This document shows positions 50,265-60,240 of a DNA stretch of 64,000 bases, one piece after another. The translations under genes were made by a program, and so were the position numbers. Origin of the DNA: Spirochaetia bacterium. GTDB lineage: Bacteria; Spirochaetota; Spirochaetia; SP-2023. Position 1 is the first letter of the stretch. Each line of letters begins with the position of its first letter. The notes beneath the pieces are model-generated. The model was given only the letters and a program-made list of their open reading frames with translations, had not been told where the DNA came from and did not search any database. The stretch is taken from NCBI GenBank assembly GCA_965225855.1, contig CBDDCK010000005.1, forward strand, positions 640,001 to 704,000, in the 5' to 3' direction.

Positions 50265-51389
50265 CTAATTGTTAAATCGAAATTGCACAATATCACCATC
50301 TTGCATAGGGTAGGTTTTGCCTTCTAAGCGCAGCTTACCTGCACTGCGTACAGCAGCCTCACTACCTGTAGTAAATAAATCTTTGCAATGGAATACCTCG
50401 GCTTTGATAAATCCTTTTTCAAAATCGGTGTGAATTTTACCTGCACACTGGAAAGCTGTTTCGCCAATGGAAAAAGTCCAAGCTCGGTTTTCTTTGCCCC
50501 CAACGGTAAAAAATGAACCTACATTCAGGCTGTGATAAGCAAGTTTTGCCAACTGTTCTAGCCCTGATTCTGCTAAACCGGATTCTTGCAAGAATAATTT
50601 TCTCTCTTTTGGCTCATCAATTTGGGCAATATCAGCTTCCAATTGGCCACAAATATTTAGCACTTCTACACTTTCTTTTTTGGCCAATTGTTGTACGGTT
50701 TGAAGCTGGGCATTGTCACAATTTTGCAGGTCTTCTTCACTGACATTGCAAAGGTAAATTTGCGGTTTTGCCGTGATTAGGTGCAATTCTCGGAAAATTT
50801 CTTGTTCTTCTTTGTTTAGTTCATTGGCTGCTAAAAACTGGCGCACTGGGTTTAGCTGGTTCAAATGGACTGCCAAGCGTTCTAAAAAAGATAGCGCAAA
50901 CACTGATTGGGCTCGTTGTTTGGCATCGTTGGCACGAATCAAACGCTGATAGCGTTCTTTTGCTTTGTCAATAATATGTATATCGGCTAAGTTTAGCTCG
51001 GTGGCGATGGTTTCAATATCGCGCTTAGCATCAATACTGCCATCAACATGGACTATATCACCATTTTCAAAACAACGCACCACATGGACAATTAGGTTGG
51101 TCTCGCGGATATTGGCCAAAAATTGGTTGCCAAGGCCTTCACCAGTTGAGGCGCCTTTTACTAGGCCAGCAATATCAACAAATTCAATTGTAGGATAGGT
51201 GATCTTTTCTGCTGGGATTATTTTGGCAATACGCTCTAGCCGAGTATCGAAAACCGGAACGATGCCTTTATTTGGTTCTATTGTACAAAATGGGTAATTT
51301 GCTGCTTCTGCGGGCGCAGCGGTTAATGCTGAAAAAATAGTAGACTTACCTACGTTTGGTAAACCTACTATACCACAATTTAATGCCAT
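50265..51389 (-). CDS. ychF: Redox-regulated ATPase YchF
   Basis: [42 protein letters not shown]. Confidence 0.97.
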   Translation of the reverse strand: MALNCGIVGLPNVGKSTIFSALTAAPAEAANYPFCTIEPNKGIVPVFDTRLERIAKIIPAEKITYPTIEFVDIAGLVKGASTGEGLGNQFLANIRETNLIVHVVRCFENGDIVHVDGSIDAKRDIETIATELNLADIHIIDKAKERYQRLIRANDAKQRAQSVFALSFLERLAVHLNQLNPVRQFLAANELNKEEQEIFRELHLITAKPQIYLCNVSEEDLQNCDNAQLQTVQQLAKKESVEVLNICGQLEADIAQIDEPKERKLFLQESGLAESGLEQLAKLAYHSLNVGSFFTVGGKENRAWTFSIGETAFQCAGKIHTDFEKGFIKAEVFHCKDLFTTGSEAAVRSAGKLRLEGKTYPMQDGDIVQFRFNN

Positions 51390-51546
51390 TAGAGGTTCCT
51401 AGCCAGCTCTACTTTTGAGCTCTATTTATTGGAGAAGGGCAAAACCTGCTAATAGTATGCTGCCCCGATCGATTGCCAACAATATAACGATTTTGCCCTT
51501 TTTAATAAAAGGAGTGCTTTGTCGTTGACTATAAAAAAATTAAAAG

Positions 51547-52005
51547 TTAGGGCAGTTCTTTTAGAATGCGCTCGGCATGGCCTTTAGCTTTCACATTATA
51601 GTAGGCCTTTTTTACCAAGCCTTGTTCATCAATTACTAGTGTTGAACGGATTAGCCCTTCAGAAATTTTGCCGTAGTTATTTTTCTCACCCCAAGCACCA
51701 TAGGCTTTGATGCAAGTTTTTTCAGGGTCGGATAGTAGTAAAATTTTTAGTTGGTGCTTTTCTGTAAAGCTTTGGTGCTCAGTTACCGTGTCTGGACTAA
51801 CTCCAACAATAACTGTGTTATGAGCAGTAAATTCATTGAGCAACGCTGTAAAATCCATAGCTTCTACCGTGCAGCCGGGGGTATTATCTTTGGGGTAAAA
51901 ATACAAAACCAATTGTTTCCCCTGAAAGCTAGCCAGAGTGTAGGTTTGTCCATCGGAACCTTGGAGCGAAAAATCGGGAGCAGGGTTGTTTTCTTCAAGT
52001 CTCAT
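51547..52005 (-). CDS. bcp: Peroxiredoxin (BCP family)
   Basis: LYFYPKDNTPGCT motif. Confidence 0.9.
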   Translation of the reverse strand: MRLEENNPAPDFSLQGSDGQTYTLASFQGKQLVLYFYPKDNTPGCTVEAMDFTALLNEFTAHNTVIVGVSPDTVTEHQSFTEKHQLKILLLSDPEKTCIKAYGAWGEKNNYGKISEGLIRSTLVIDEQGLVKKAYYNVKAKGHAERILKELP

Positions 52006-52571
52006 CGAAAAATTCCTTTAAAAGTATATACATATAAAAAAGACAGGCTAGATAGCTACGCTGGTTTAGTCAAGTAGAATTGTTTTTATAATGGGATATG
52101 GACAAGGGTTGATATATTGATGCCGGATGCGACAATTTGCCAGCTTAGTTGTGAGTACTCGATTGTTGGAATGCCTATTTTTTCTAAAGCTTTCCATACA
52201 TAGGCCCAAGATACAATTTGCGCCCAAGGCAAGGTCATACAGGCCATAACCGGCACGCCCTTTTTCGTCCCAGATCATACGCCCAGACCAATATGGGCTC
52301 TATTTTTGGCTGAATTTTTGGTTCTTGATTGCTGGCAGGCAATATATGGCATAAAAAGTTCCTTTTTTAGATTAATCCTATGTTAAGAGAAATTTTCTTA
52401 AAGTTTTTATGTGGTTTATATGCTCTATGAATATCTGAAAAAATTGTACAGCATTGAAAGAATATACATTTCCCTTCTATCCAAGTAGGCAAGATGCAAG
52501 TAGGCGGTGCAAGCTGGACTGGATAATGCTTTATAAAGCTAGTATTAAAAAAGTTGTTTTCAACAGTATGG

Positions 52572-52626
52572 CAAACAAAGAACGTACTTGAAGCTTTGTA
52601 AAAAATCCAAGTACGTTCTTTGTTTG
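52572..52626 (-). terminator. 19-bp inverted repeat after the TRAP operon
   Basis: CAAACAAAGAACGTACTTG ... CAAGTACGTTCTTTGTTTG. Confidence 0.6.
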
Positions 52627-52644
52627 TATAACAAAAAATCGGGT

Positions 52645-53649
52645 TTATTTTCTCAATGCATCAATTTCAGCAATGATACCATTTTGATATTTTTGTTCGT
52701 ATTCGTTCCACAACGGGCGTGTTGCATTTTGGAAGGCAGCCACATCGGCAACATCATTAAAAACCACACCTTCTTCTTTTAGTTTTTCAATAGCCATATC
52801 GGCGTCTGAACCCCAAAATTTTCTCTCAAGAGCAATAGCATTTGCGGCTTCTTCTTTGATAATCTTTTGTTCTTCCGCACTCAATTTCGCCAAAGTTTTG
52901 CCCGAAATCGCAAGTAAGTCGGGAGTCATAAAGTGCTTTGTCCAAGATACATATTTTGTAACTTCGTACAGTTTCAATGTATAGAGTGTAATAGGGCTAT
53001 TTTCCCAACCATCTAAAACGCCCTGCTCCAGTGCCGAATAAACTTCAGCCTGACCCATAGGAGTTGCGATCGCACCCATCAAATTGATGCCCTTCAATGT
53101 TATTTCCGAAGGGATAGTGCGAATTTTAAGCCCTTTTAAATCTTTAGGGCTATTGATTGGCTGGGAATTGTTCATCAAACTTCTTGCACCACCATAAAAA
53201 TAACCAAGAGGTTCAAACCCTTTTTCTCTTAATTTTTCGGCCAATATTTGACCCACTTTGCCATCTAGGGCCCGATACAAATGTTCTTCATTTTCAAAAA
53301 GAAATGCTAGTGAAAGAACTTCCATTTCTGGAACATAATTGGCATAAACTCCAGCAAATTGATTGGCCATGTCAATAGTGCCCAGCTGGACACCTTCAAC
53401 CATTTCTACATTTCCCCCAAGTTGACTATTGGGGAAAAGATCGATTTTGACTTTATTGTCTGTGCGCATTAAAACATTTTTACTCATTTGCGCTAAGGCC
53501 TTATTCATCGGATGACTTTCGGGTAGCGTATTCGTTACACGCAGCAAAGTTTCTTTAGATTGCCCACTAGAAGAACCTCTGGCAAAAAGATTCACTTGAA
53601 AGACTAAAAGGCTTGCTATAATCAAGCTGGTAAAAACCATTTTTTTCAT
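52645..53649 (-). CDS. dctP: TRAP transporter substrate-binding protein (DctP family)
   Basis: FPNSQLG, DLKGLKIR, EVYSALEQGVLDGWEN. Confidence 0.92.
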   Translation of the reverse strand: MKKMVFTSLIIASLLVFQVNLFARGSSSGQSKETLLRVTNTLPESHPMNKALAQMSKNVLMRTDNKVKIDLFPNSQLGGNVEMVEGVQLGTIDMANQFAGVYANYVPEMEVLSLAFLFENEEHLYRALDGKVGQILAEKLREKGFEPLGYFYGGARSLMNNSQPINSPKDLKGLKIRTIPSEITLKGINLMGAIATPMGQAEVYSALEQGVLDGWENSPITLYTLKLYEVTKYVSWTKHFMTPDLLAISGKTLAKLSAEEQKIIKEEAANAIALERKFWGSDADMAIEKLKEEGVVFNDVADVAAFQNATRPLWNEYEQKYQNGIIAEIDALRK

Positions 53650-53783
53650 TATTCTAAATTCCTTAAAAAATTATTTAATACAAAAATTGACGATATTGTT
53701 TGTTTCTGCATGCTACACAAAAGCAGAATTGTTTTATAACCACTCACATAATTTGGCCTCCTCTCGATTATTTACAATCTCAT

Positions 53784-55061
53784 CTATCGCATCAGTGAAG
53801 GTATCCACAACGAAATTGCAGGTATAAAGGTAACAAAGAGTAAGACAATCACCAAAGCTCCTAAATAATATGTGTATGTTTTTAGTATTTCACTTAGGCC
53901 GGCACCCGATATTCCTGAAGCAACAAATAAAGCAATACCTACTGGCGGGGTACATTGGCCTATTGCCATATTTACAATGGCCATAACGCCAAACTGAATG
54001 GGATGAACTCCCAGCAAAGAAACGATTGGCCAAATTATTGGAATGACAATAATGGTAATAGCGGTTGGGTCTAAAAAAGTTCCCAAAATCAATAACAAAG
54101 CGTTAATCAATAAGAGAACAATCCATTTGTTATCCGATAGACTCACGATAGTTTGGGCAATTGCATCGGGAATTCTTTCTGCAGCTAAAACCCAACCGAA
54201 GGCCGATGCAGCAGCAATGGTAATTACAACCACTCCTGTTGTTTTTGCTGCATCGCAAAAAACTCGCGCTAAATCTTTAATTTTCAATTCTTTATAGACA
54301 AAAAGCCCAACGATAAGGGCATAAGCTGCTGTAACAATTGAGGCTTCTGTTGCGGTAAATATCCCTGATGTAATACCACCTACGATAATAACAACGGTCA
54401 ATAAGGCTAGAATAGAATCTAAAAACGAATAAAATTGTTCTTTTATCGGAGCTTTTTGTTCTGGTTCTATGCCTCTTTTTTTGGTTAAATAAATATTGAC
54501 AAGCATCAAAGACAAACCCATCAATACTCCGGGAATGAATCCTCCCATGAACATGCCACCAATAGAAATATTGGCTGTTACACCAAGAATAATCATGGGA
54601 ATACTGGGCGGAATAACAATGCCAATAGAGCCTGCCGTAGCCATAACGCCCGTGGCGATGTCTGAGCCATATCCTTTTTTCTTCATAGCGGGGATCAAAA
54701 TACTTCCCACCGCCGCTGTATCGGCTGCGGCAGCCCCCGATAATCCTGCAAAAAACATTGCAGCCAGAACGCTAGTATTAGCCAATCCTCCGCGAATATG
54801 GCCGACCATATTAGAAGCAAAAGTAACAAGCCTACGGGATATGCCCCCGTTTTCCATTAATCCACCGGCTAAAATAAAAAAAGGAATGGCGATTAAACTA
54901 AAACTGTTACTGGCACGAAAAATTTTTACCGAAATTGCAATCAAATCAATATCACTAAAAAATAGAATTGATAATACCGTTGAGACCAATAGGGAAAAAG
55001 AAACTGGAACCGAAAGCACTAAAAGCAAAAAGAATGACAAAAAAAGAAAGGTAATCATCAA
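53784..55061 (-). CDS. dctM: TRAP transporter large permease (DctM)
   Basis: AIPFFILAG, IPPSIPMI, FTATEA, TPPVG. Confidence 0.92.
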   Translation of the reverse strand: MMITFLFLSFFLLLVLSVPVSFSLLVSTVLSILFFSDIDLIAISVKIFRASNSFSLIAIPFFILAGGLMENGGISRRLVTFASNMVGHIRGGLANTSVLAAMFFAGLSGAAAADTAAVGSILIPAMKKKGYGSDIATGVMATAGSIGIVIPPSIPMIILGVTANISIGGMFMGGFIPGVLMGLSLMLVNIYLTKKRGIEPEQKAPIKEQFYSFLDSILALLTVVIIVGGITSGIFTATEASIVTAAYALIVGLFVYKELKIKDLARVFCDAAKTTGVVVITIAAASAFGWVLAAERIPDAIAQTIVSLSDNKWIVLLLINALLLILGTFLDPTAITIIVIPIIWPIVSLLGVHPIQFGVMAIVNMAIGQCTPPVGIALFVASGISGAGLSEILKTYTYYLGALVIVLLFVTFIPAISLWIPSLMR

Positions 55062-55067
55062 GTTCTC

Positions 55068-55574
55068 CTATTCGATAATATGGCCATGTGCTGTTCCCAC
55101 CTGCTTACTGCACAAAGTTTCAAAAATTTGATAACAGGTATGGATTGCTATGAAAAATCCCGATATAGGCAAAACAATATAACCCCAAAAAAGAGAGAGT
55201 GGCAAAATATTCATCCTTTGAATTTTGTTTATGTTAGCCGCTTCTATACCGTAGATAATAAGAAAAAGAGAAAATACAAAAACTACGATATATACCAATA
55301 TTTCTGCATGTCTGCGTATTTTCAACGATAGTTTAGAAACCAAAAGATCAACGGAAAAATGTGATCGCGTGGCGATAGCAAAGCTCGTACCAATGAAACA
55401 AACCCAAGAAAAAAGATATGTTAAAAGCTCTTCAGACCAACTGATTGGGCTTTTCAACACAAAACGGGAATAAACTTGTAGTAAACCACAAATAAACATC
55501 ACGACTAATAATACCGAAATAAGGCTTTGCTCTACTTTGCAGAGGAAAGAATTAAACTTTTTGAATATTCCCAT
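55068..55574 (-). CDS. dctQ: TRAP transporter small permease (DctQ)
   Basis: QVYSRF...WSEEL...W..FIG...HFSVD; four TM helices. Confidence 0.88.
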   Translation of the reverse strand: MGIFKKFNSFLCKVEQSLISVLLVVMFICGLLQVYSRFVLKSPISWSEELLTYLFSWVCFIGTSFAIATRSHFSVDLLVSKLSLKIRRHAEILVYIVVFVFSLFLIIYGIEAANINKIQRMNILPLSLFWGYIVLPISGFFIAIHTCYQIFETLCSKQVGTAHGHIIE

Positions 55575-55605
55575 ATGCTCTCTTTTATTTTTGTATTGTA
55601 ATTTT

Positions 55606-56613
55606 TTAAAGCATTTGAGTAATAGAAGCCCAAATATCCTCAATCACAGGAATCCCTTGTGCCAGATTTTCACTGCGAGTTTTTATTACCCGTTCACCGG
55701 GATAGAGTATCTCATGGTTAGAGCTCACGGTTTCAGATTTTTTAATGCTTTTCAGTACCTCGTCGATAATTGTGTTTATTTCTTGGGTATTACACATAAC
55801 TGGATTTATCGCAATCAAAACTTGAGAAATACCATATTCATCTTCACATTTTGTGCCAACAGCTGTAGTTGAATTGCCGCCAGAAAGAATGGCTGCAATC
55901 AAGTCTAGTGCAATGGATAAGCTAGACCCTTTCCAAAATCCTATGGGCAGAACGCGCCAACTTTTCTCAATTTCTAAAGGGTCTTTCGTAATATTTCCCG
56001 CTAAATCAAAACCACCAGCCACGGGCAATTGCTGGCCTTTTAATTTGTATTCTTCCATTTTGCCATAGGAAAATTGAGCCATAGAACAATCAACTACTAC
56101 ATGTTCTTGGTTACTCCGAGGTACGGCCAATACAAAAGGATTATTTCCGATGTTTGGTTCTTTTCCACCCCAAGCGGGCATATTGGGCATCGTATTTGTC
56201 CAACACATACCAATCATTCCAGCATCTGCGGCCTGCCAACCATAAGAACCTCCTCGCATCCAATGATTGGTATTGTTTATGGTCACAACTCCAATCCCAT
56301 TTTCTTTAGCCAACTCTATCGCCCTATCCATTGCAGATTCAGCATTTGTGTTGCCCATAGCCAAATTGCCATTCCAGCGTTCCAAACAGCCGAAGGTCTG
56401 TGTTACAGATGGTACCGCATTGATTTTAATATAACCTTTGTCAATATAAGAAATCACTCTGGGAAAACGATTTAGACCATGTGAATAAACGCCATCACGG
56501 CTATTATCTGTAAAAAGTTTTGCACTTCGAGATGCTATTTTTTCAAAGAAACCTTTGTTGAGAAGTATTTGTTTTAAGGTTTCAAACATCTCTTGATATT
56601 GAATTCGCAGCAT
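55606..56613 (-). CDS. yiaK: 3-dehydro-L-gulonate 2-dehydrogenase-like (YiaK/DlgD, Ldh_2 family)
   Basis: DGVYSHGLNRFPR, NTNHWMRGGSYGW, CWTNT, GNNP, LPIGFWKGS, YPGE. Confidence 0.88.
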   Translation of the reverse strand: MLRIQYQEMFETLKQILLNKGFFEKIASRSAKLFTDNSRDGVYSHGLNRFPRVISYIDKGYIKINAVPSVTQTFGCLERWNGNLAMGNTNAESAMDRAIELAKENGIGVVTINNTNHWMRGGSYGWQAADAGMIGMCWTNTMPNMPAWGGKEPNIGNNPFVLAVPRSNQEHVVVDCSMAQFSYGKMEEYKLKGQQLPVAGGFDLAGNITKDPLEIEKSWRVLPIGFWKGSSLSIALDLIAAILSGGNSTTAVGTKCEDEYGISQVLIAINPVMCNTQEINTIIDEVLKSIKKSETVSSNHEILYPGERVIKTRSENLAQGIPVIEDIWASITQML

Positions 56614-56711
56614 GTTACTTTTTCCTTTCCTACGTTTATTTGCTTCATATCCACACATAGCTTTTTTTATTTCGATGTTAATTTTTTTAGGGTTTAGCCC
56701 CAACTATTTTT

Positions 56712-57800
56712 TCACCGTTGTACTCGACCAGATGCGTTGCCACGCATTAAAAGCTCTACTTCTTCCTTGCTGCTGTAATTAAAATCTCCGCGTATACTGT
56801 GGCATAGGCAAGAGGCTGCCACTGCAAAACGAAGTGCATCTTGCGTTTTGTATAATCCACAATTCAATGCATAAATTAACCCTGCTGCAAATGAATCGCC
56901 TCCGCCTACACGGTCCACAATATTACGGATTTCATAGGGTGCATAATGGCCTTCATTATCTAACGGGGCAAAATAAGCTTGCCCATCACTATAGAGCATT
57001 GCACCCCAATTGTTGTGGCTTGCAGAAATGCTTTCTCGCAAAGTAATAGCTATTTGAGAAATACTGGGGAAACGCTGGGTTATTTGCTTGGCAACGTTGA
57101 TATAAGCATCTTGTGCGATTTTACCTGATTCTATATTTGTTTCTGCAGCATGAAGATTTAGCACATCTGATGAGTCTTCTTCATTGGCAATGAGTACATC
57201 GACATATTGCAGCATATCGGGCATAGTTTTTTGAGCTAGCTCTTTTGGAGAAGTTCCCGGCTGCCATTGCCACAGTTTTTTGCGAAAGTTTAAATCACAG
57301 GATATGCGCAATCCATATTGTTTGGCCAATTTACAAATTTCCAGCGAATTGGTGCTCGACTGTTGCGAGAGTGCTGGGGTTATCCCGGTTATATGAAACC
57401 AGGAAGCTCCTGCAAAAATAGCCGGCCAATCAAAAGCGGTATATTCTATTAAACTAATAGCCGAATATTGGCGGTCATAAATCACTTTACTGGGACGTTG
57501 ATTGGCTCCGGATTCAACATAATAAGTACCTAAACGCCCTTTAGTGCTCACGATAAAATCTGTGTTCAACCCGATACCGCGTAGTTGCCGAGCACAAGCT
57601 TCACCCAATTCGTGGTTAGGTAAAGCGGTTACAAAACGCACTGGCTCTTTACTGAATTCAGATATAGAAACAGCTACATTGGCTTCTGCACCACCAAAAG
57701 TATAACGCAATGTTCCCGGTAAATTTTGTATAAAGCGGTGATGGCCCAAAGTATCCAAACGGCCCATTATTTCGCCAAAAGTAACAACTGTCTTACTCAT
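56712..57800 (-). CDS. kdgK: 2-keto-3-deoxygluconate kinase (PfkB family)
   Basis: FGEIM.RL, GGAEANVA, DLNFRKKLW, DRVGGGDSF. Confidence 0.88.
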   Translation of the reverse strand: MSKTVVTFGEIMGRLDTLGHHRFIQNLPGTLRYTFGGAEANVAVSISEFSKEPVRFVTALPNHELGEACARQLRGIGLNTDFIVSTKGRLGTYYVESGANQRPSKVIYDRQYSAISLIEYTAFDWPAIFAGASWFHITGITPALSQQSSTNSLEICKLAKQYGLRISCDLNFRKKLWQWQPGTSPKELAQKTMPDMLQYVDVLIANEEDSSDVLNLHAAETNIESGKIAQDAYINVAKQITQRFPSISQIAITLRESISASHNNWGAMLYSDGQAYFAPLDNEGHYAPYEIRNIVDRVGGGDSFAAGLIYALNCGLYKTQDALRFAVAASCLCHSIRGDFNYSSKEEVELLMRGNASGRVQR

Positions 57801-57805
57801 AAAAG

Positions 57806-58456
57806 TTAGCTCCTAGATTCTTTATTGATAGCCATTGCTTGCTCTGTTTGCTTGTGTATTTCGCTCCAAGCTTTAGAAATTATGAGCTTGCGTGAAGCAA
57901 GCCATGAACCACCTACGGCACCAACCATCGGGCTTTGCAAATAGTTTGCCAAGTTCTCCAGATTAACCCCGCCCAGTGGGATATAACGCAAATTAAGGTG
58001 GGCGTAAGGTGCATTCAAATTCTTTAAGTATGATAGCCCACCAATGGCTTCGGCAGGGAAGTATTTTAGTAGCCGTAAATCATATTCCAAAGCTGTTTCA
58101 ATATCAGAAGCGGTCGTGATACCGGGGAAAAATGGCAGGCCAACCTTGCGGGCTGCTTCGATCACCCGGCGATTCAACCCTGGCGCAACGGCAAAGTCTG
58201 CAATTTGGGCAATTTGGGCAATTTGTTGCGAGTTTAATACGGTTCCTACACCCAAAAGCAATTCGGGATATTTTTTCTTTACCAGTTCAACGGCGGAAAT
58301 AGCATAAGGGCTTCGCAAAGCTAATTCTATGGCCTGTACCCCACCACCAACTAGAGCTTCAATGGTTGGTGCAACTTCTTCTTGTTTTTCAAACACGACA
58401 ACACAGATAATCCGGGCATCACAAATGTTGCGCACTATTTTCGCTTCTTCATTCAT
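57806..58456 (-). CDS. eda: KDPG/KHG aldolase
   Basis: IELALR, GVGTVL, KYFPAE, PLGGV. Confidence 0.92.
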   Translation of the reverse strand: MNEEAKIVRNICDARIICVVVFEKQEEVAPTIEALVGGGVQAIELALRSPYAISAVELVKKKYPELLLGVGTVLNSQQIAQIAQIADFAVAPGLNRRVIEAARKVGLPFFPGITTASDIETALEYDLRLLKYFPAEAIGGLSYLKNLNAPYAHLNLRYIPLGGVNLENLANYLQSPMVGAVGGSWLASRKLIISKAWSEIHKQTEQAMAINKESRS

Positions 58457-58832
58457 TACTTGTAACTCTTATCATTTATTTAGAGCATTAACCTTATGGA
58501 GGGCCAATGTAATACAACTTTTTTGGTTTGTCAAATATTTTTATGAAAATTATTGCGAAAATAGTGCTGTCGTATCAATTATGGTTTTGTTGTATTGTTT
58601 TGTAAATTGGTAGGTTAAGCCCGTGTTACTCTCAAAAGATAGTCTTTATTTTATGGCGATGATTTTTGATAGGCATCAATCTATCTTTATAGTTTGATTA
58701 TTTTGTAAATACTAGAGTTTATGATAGGTCCACAACTATGGACATGATAGAGTATAAGGTATCGACATCATAAAACCTAAATTTATACCACTTGATGGAA
58801 AAACTTTAAACCTTGGTTGAGTGCAGCGTTTG

Positions 58833-60095
58833 TTAAATAACCGTATTCGCAGACAAGCGGCCACTTTTTGGGATTATCACAATACCATTGCGAACAGAAT
58901 AATCTTGGTAATCTCCATCGCGCAATTTTTCTGGCTCTAGTCCAATGCGGCAACCTGGGCCGATGTAAGCATTTTTGTCGATAATGGCGTTAGCTATTTG
59001 GCAATTTGCCCCAATACCGATATTGAAATCTTTATGGTAAAAATCGTTTCCCATGACATAGGCTTTGTGCAAGGTGCAATTCTTCTGGATAATACTGCGC
59101 ACGCCAATCAATGAAGAATGGAGTTTTATATTATTGTCGAGTACAGAACCCTCTACAACCATGCTTTTATTAATATCTGTATTGCCATTAAATACAGCAG
59201 GAGGCAGTTCTCGCCGGTAGGTAAAAAGGTTTGTCGATGGGTGGTAAAGGTTAATAGGTAAGCGCGCTTCCACTAGGGCAATATGTACATTAAAAAAGGT
59301 TTCAAAAAAACCAATATCTTCAAAAAAACCTAAGTGGGGATAAAGTAGCATTTTGTAATGCTTAGCTGCATAAGGTATTACGCCACTACCAAAATCATGG
59401 CTGCCTTTATTTAAAATATCTTTGAGGATATTGGCTTTGATTAAATAGCTTCCCATTGAACCCCAGTAAGGTTTATCGGGGGCTGCTCCACTATTAAATT
59501 CAGGCTGGTCTTGTTGTGGTTTTTCTAAAAAGTCGCGTACTTGTCCAGAAGCATCACTTTTTAAGATACCGTATTTATCGAGTTGTTTAGAACCAATCGG
59601 AGTTGCGGCAATGGTAAAATCCGAATTTTGTTCTAAATGATGGATTAACATGGCTTCCATATCCATTTCGTGAATTTGGTCGCCAGCAAGAATTAGATAG
59701 TGTTTATAAGATTTATCTCCATAGCTGCAGTAATCAAGGCTTTTTCTCACGGCATCTGCAGAGCCAAGAAACCATTGTTCCATATCATTTTGCATATGGG
59801 ATTGGTTTGCTGCCAGTATTTGGATATCGCCTTTGGTAAAGGTATCAAAACGGTAGGTGCGATTGATATGTAAATGAAGGGAGGCGGAATTATATTGGGT
59901 CAATACATATAGGTTTAATAACCCCGCATGAATGCAGCGCGAAAGCGAAATATCTACTAAGCGATAACGGCCAGCAAAGGGTACTGCTGGTTTACAGCGT
60001 TTTAATGTTAAAGGATAAAGTCGGGTACCGCGCCCTCCGCCCAAAATTAGGACGGCAATTCTTTCTTTAATTGTTTGGCAAATTAATTTATCCAT
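58833..60095 (-). CDS. glgC: Glucose-1-phosphate adenylyltransferase
   Basis: ILGGGRGTRLYPLT..RCKPAVP, GSADAVR, FLEKP, hexapeptide tail. Confidence 0.92.
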   Translation of the reverse strand: MDKLICQTIKERIAVLILGGGRGTRLYPLTLKRCKPAVPFAGRYRLVDISLSRCIHAGLLNLYVLTQYNSASLHLHINRTYRFDTFTKGDIQILAANQSHMQNDMEQWFLGSADAVRKSLDYCSYGDKSYKHYLILAGDQIHEMDMEAMLIHHLEQNSDFTIAATPIGSKQLDKYGILKSDASGQVRDFLEKPQQDQPEFNSGAAPDKPYWGSMGSYLIKANILKDILNKGSHDFGSGVIPYAAKHYKMLLYPHLGFFEDIGFFETFFNVHIALVEARLPINLYHPSTNLFTYRRELPPAVFNGNTDINKSMVVEGSVLDNNIKLHSSLIGVRSIIQKNCTLHKAYVMGNDFYHKDFNIGIGANCQIANAIIDKNAYIGPGCRIGLEPEKLRDGDYQDYSVRNGIVIIPKSGRLSANTVI

Positions 60096-60169
60096 AATAA
60101 CCCTTTCTTTGTGAAAATTTTATTTGTGCAATTGTTGCTTTGTCGCTCTCTTTTGTGTTTATCGATAAA

Positions 60170-60209
60170 AACAAGAGGGCTTACAGTTTTTTCTGTAAGC
60201 CCTCTTGTT
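60170..60209 (-). terminator. Intrinsic terminator after fusA
   Basis: 17-bp stem AACAAGAGGGCTTACAG/CTGTAAGCCCTCTTGTT with T-run on the minus strand. Confidence 0.75.
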
Positions 60210-60240
60210 CAGTTGGGAAAACAAATTTTCCAAACTGATA

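Noticed and set aside
52066..52340. Short minus-strand ORF or possible remnant between bcp and the TRAP operon
   Set aside because: No motif recognised
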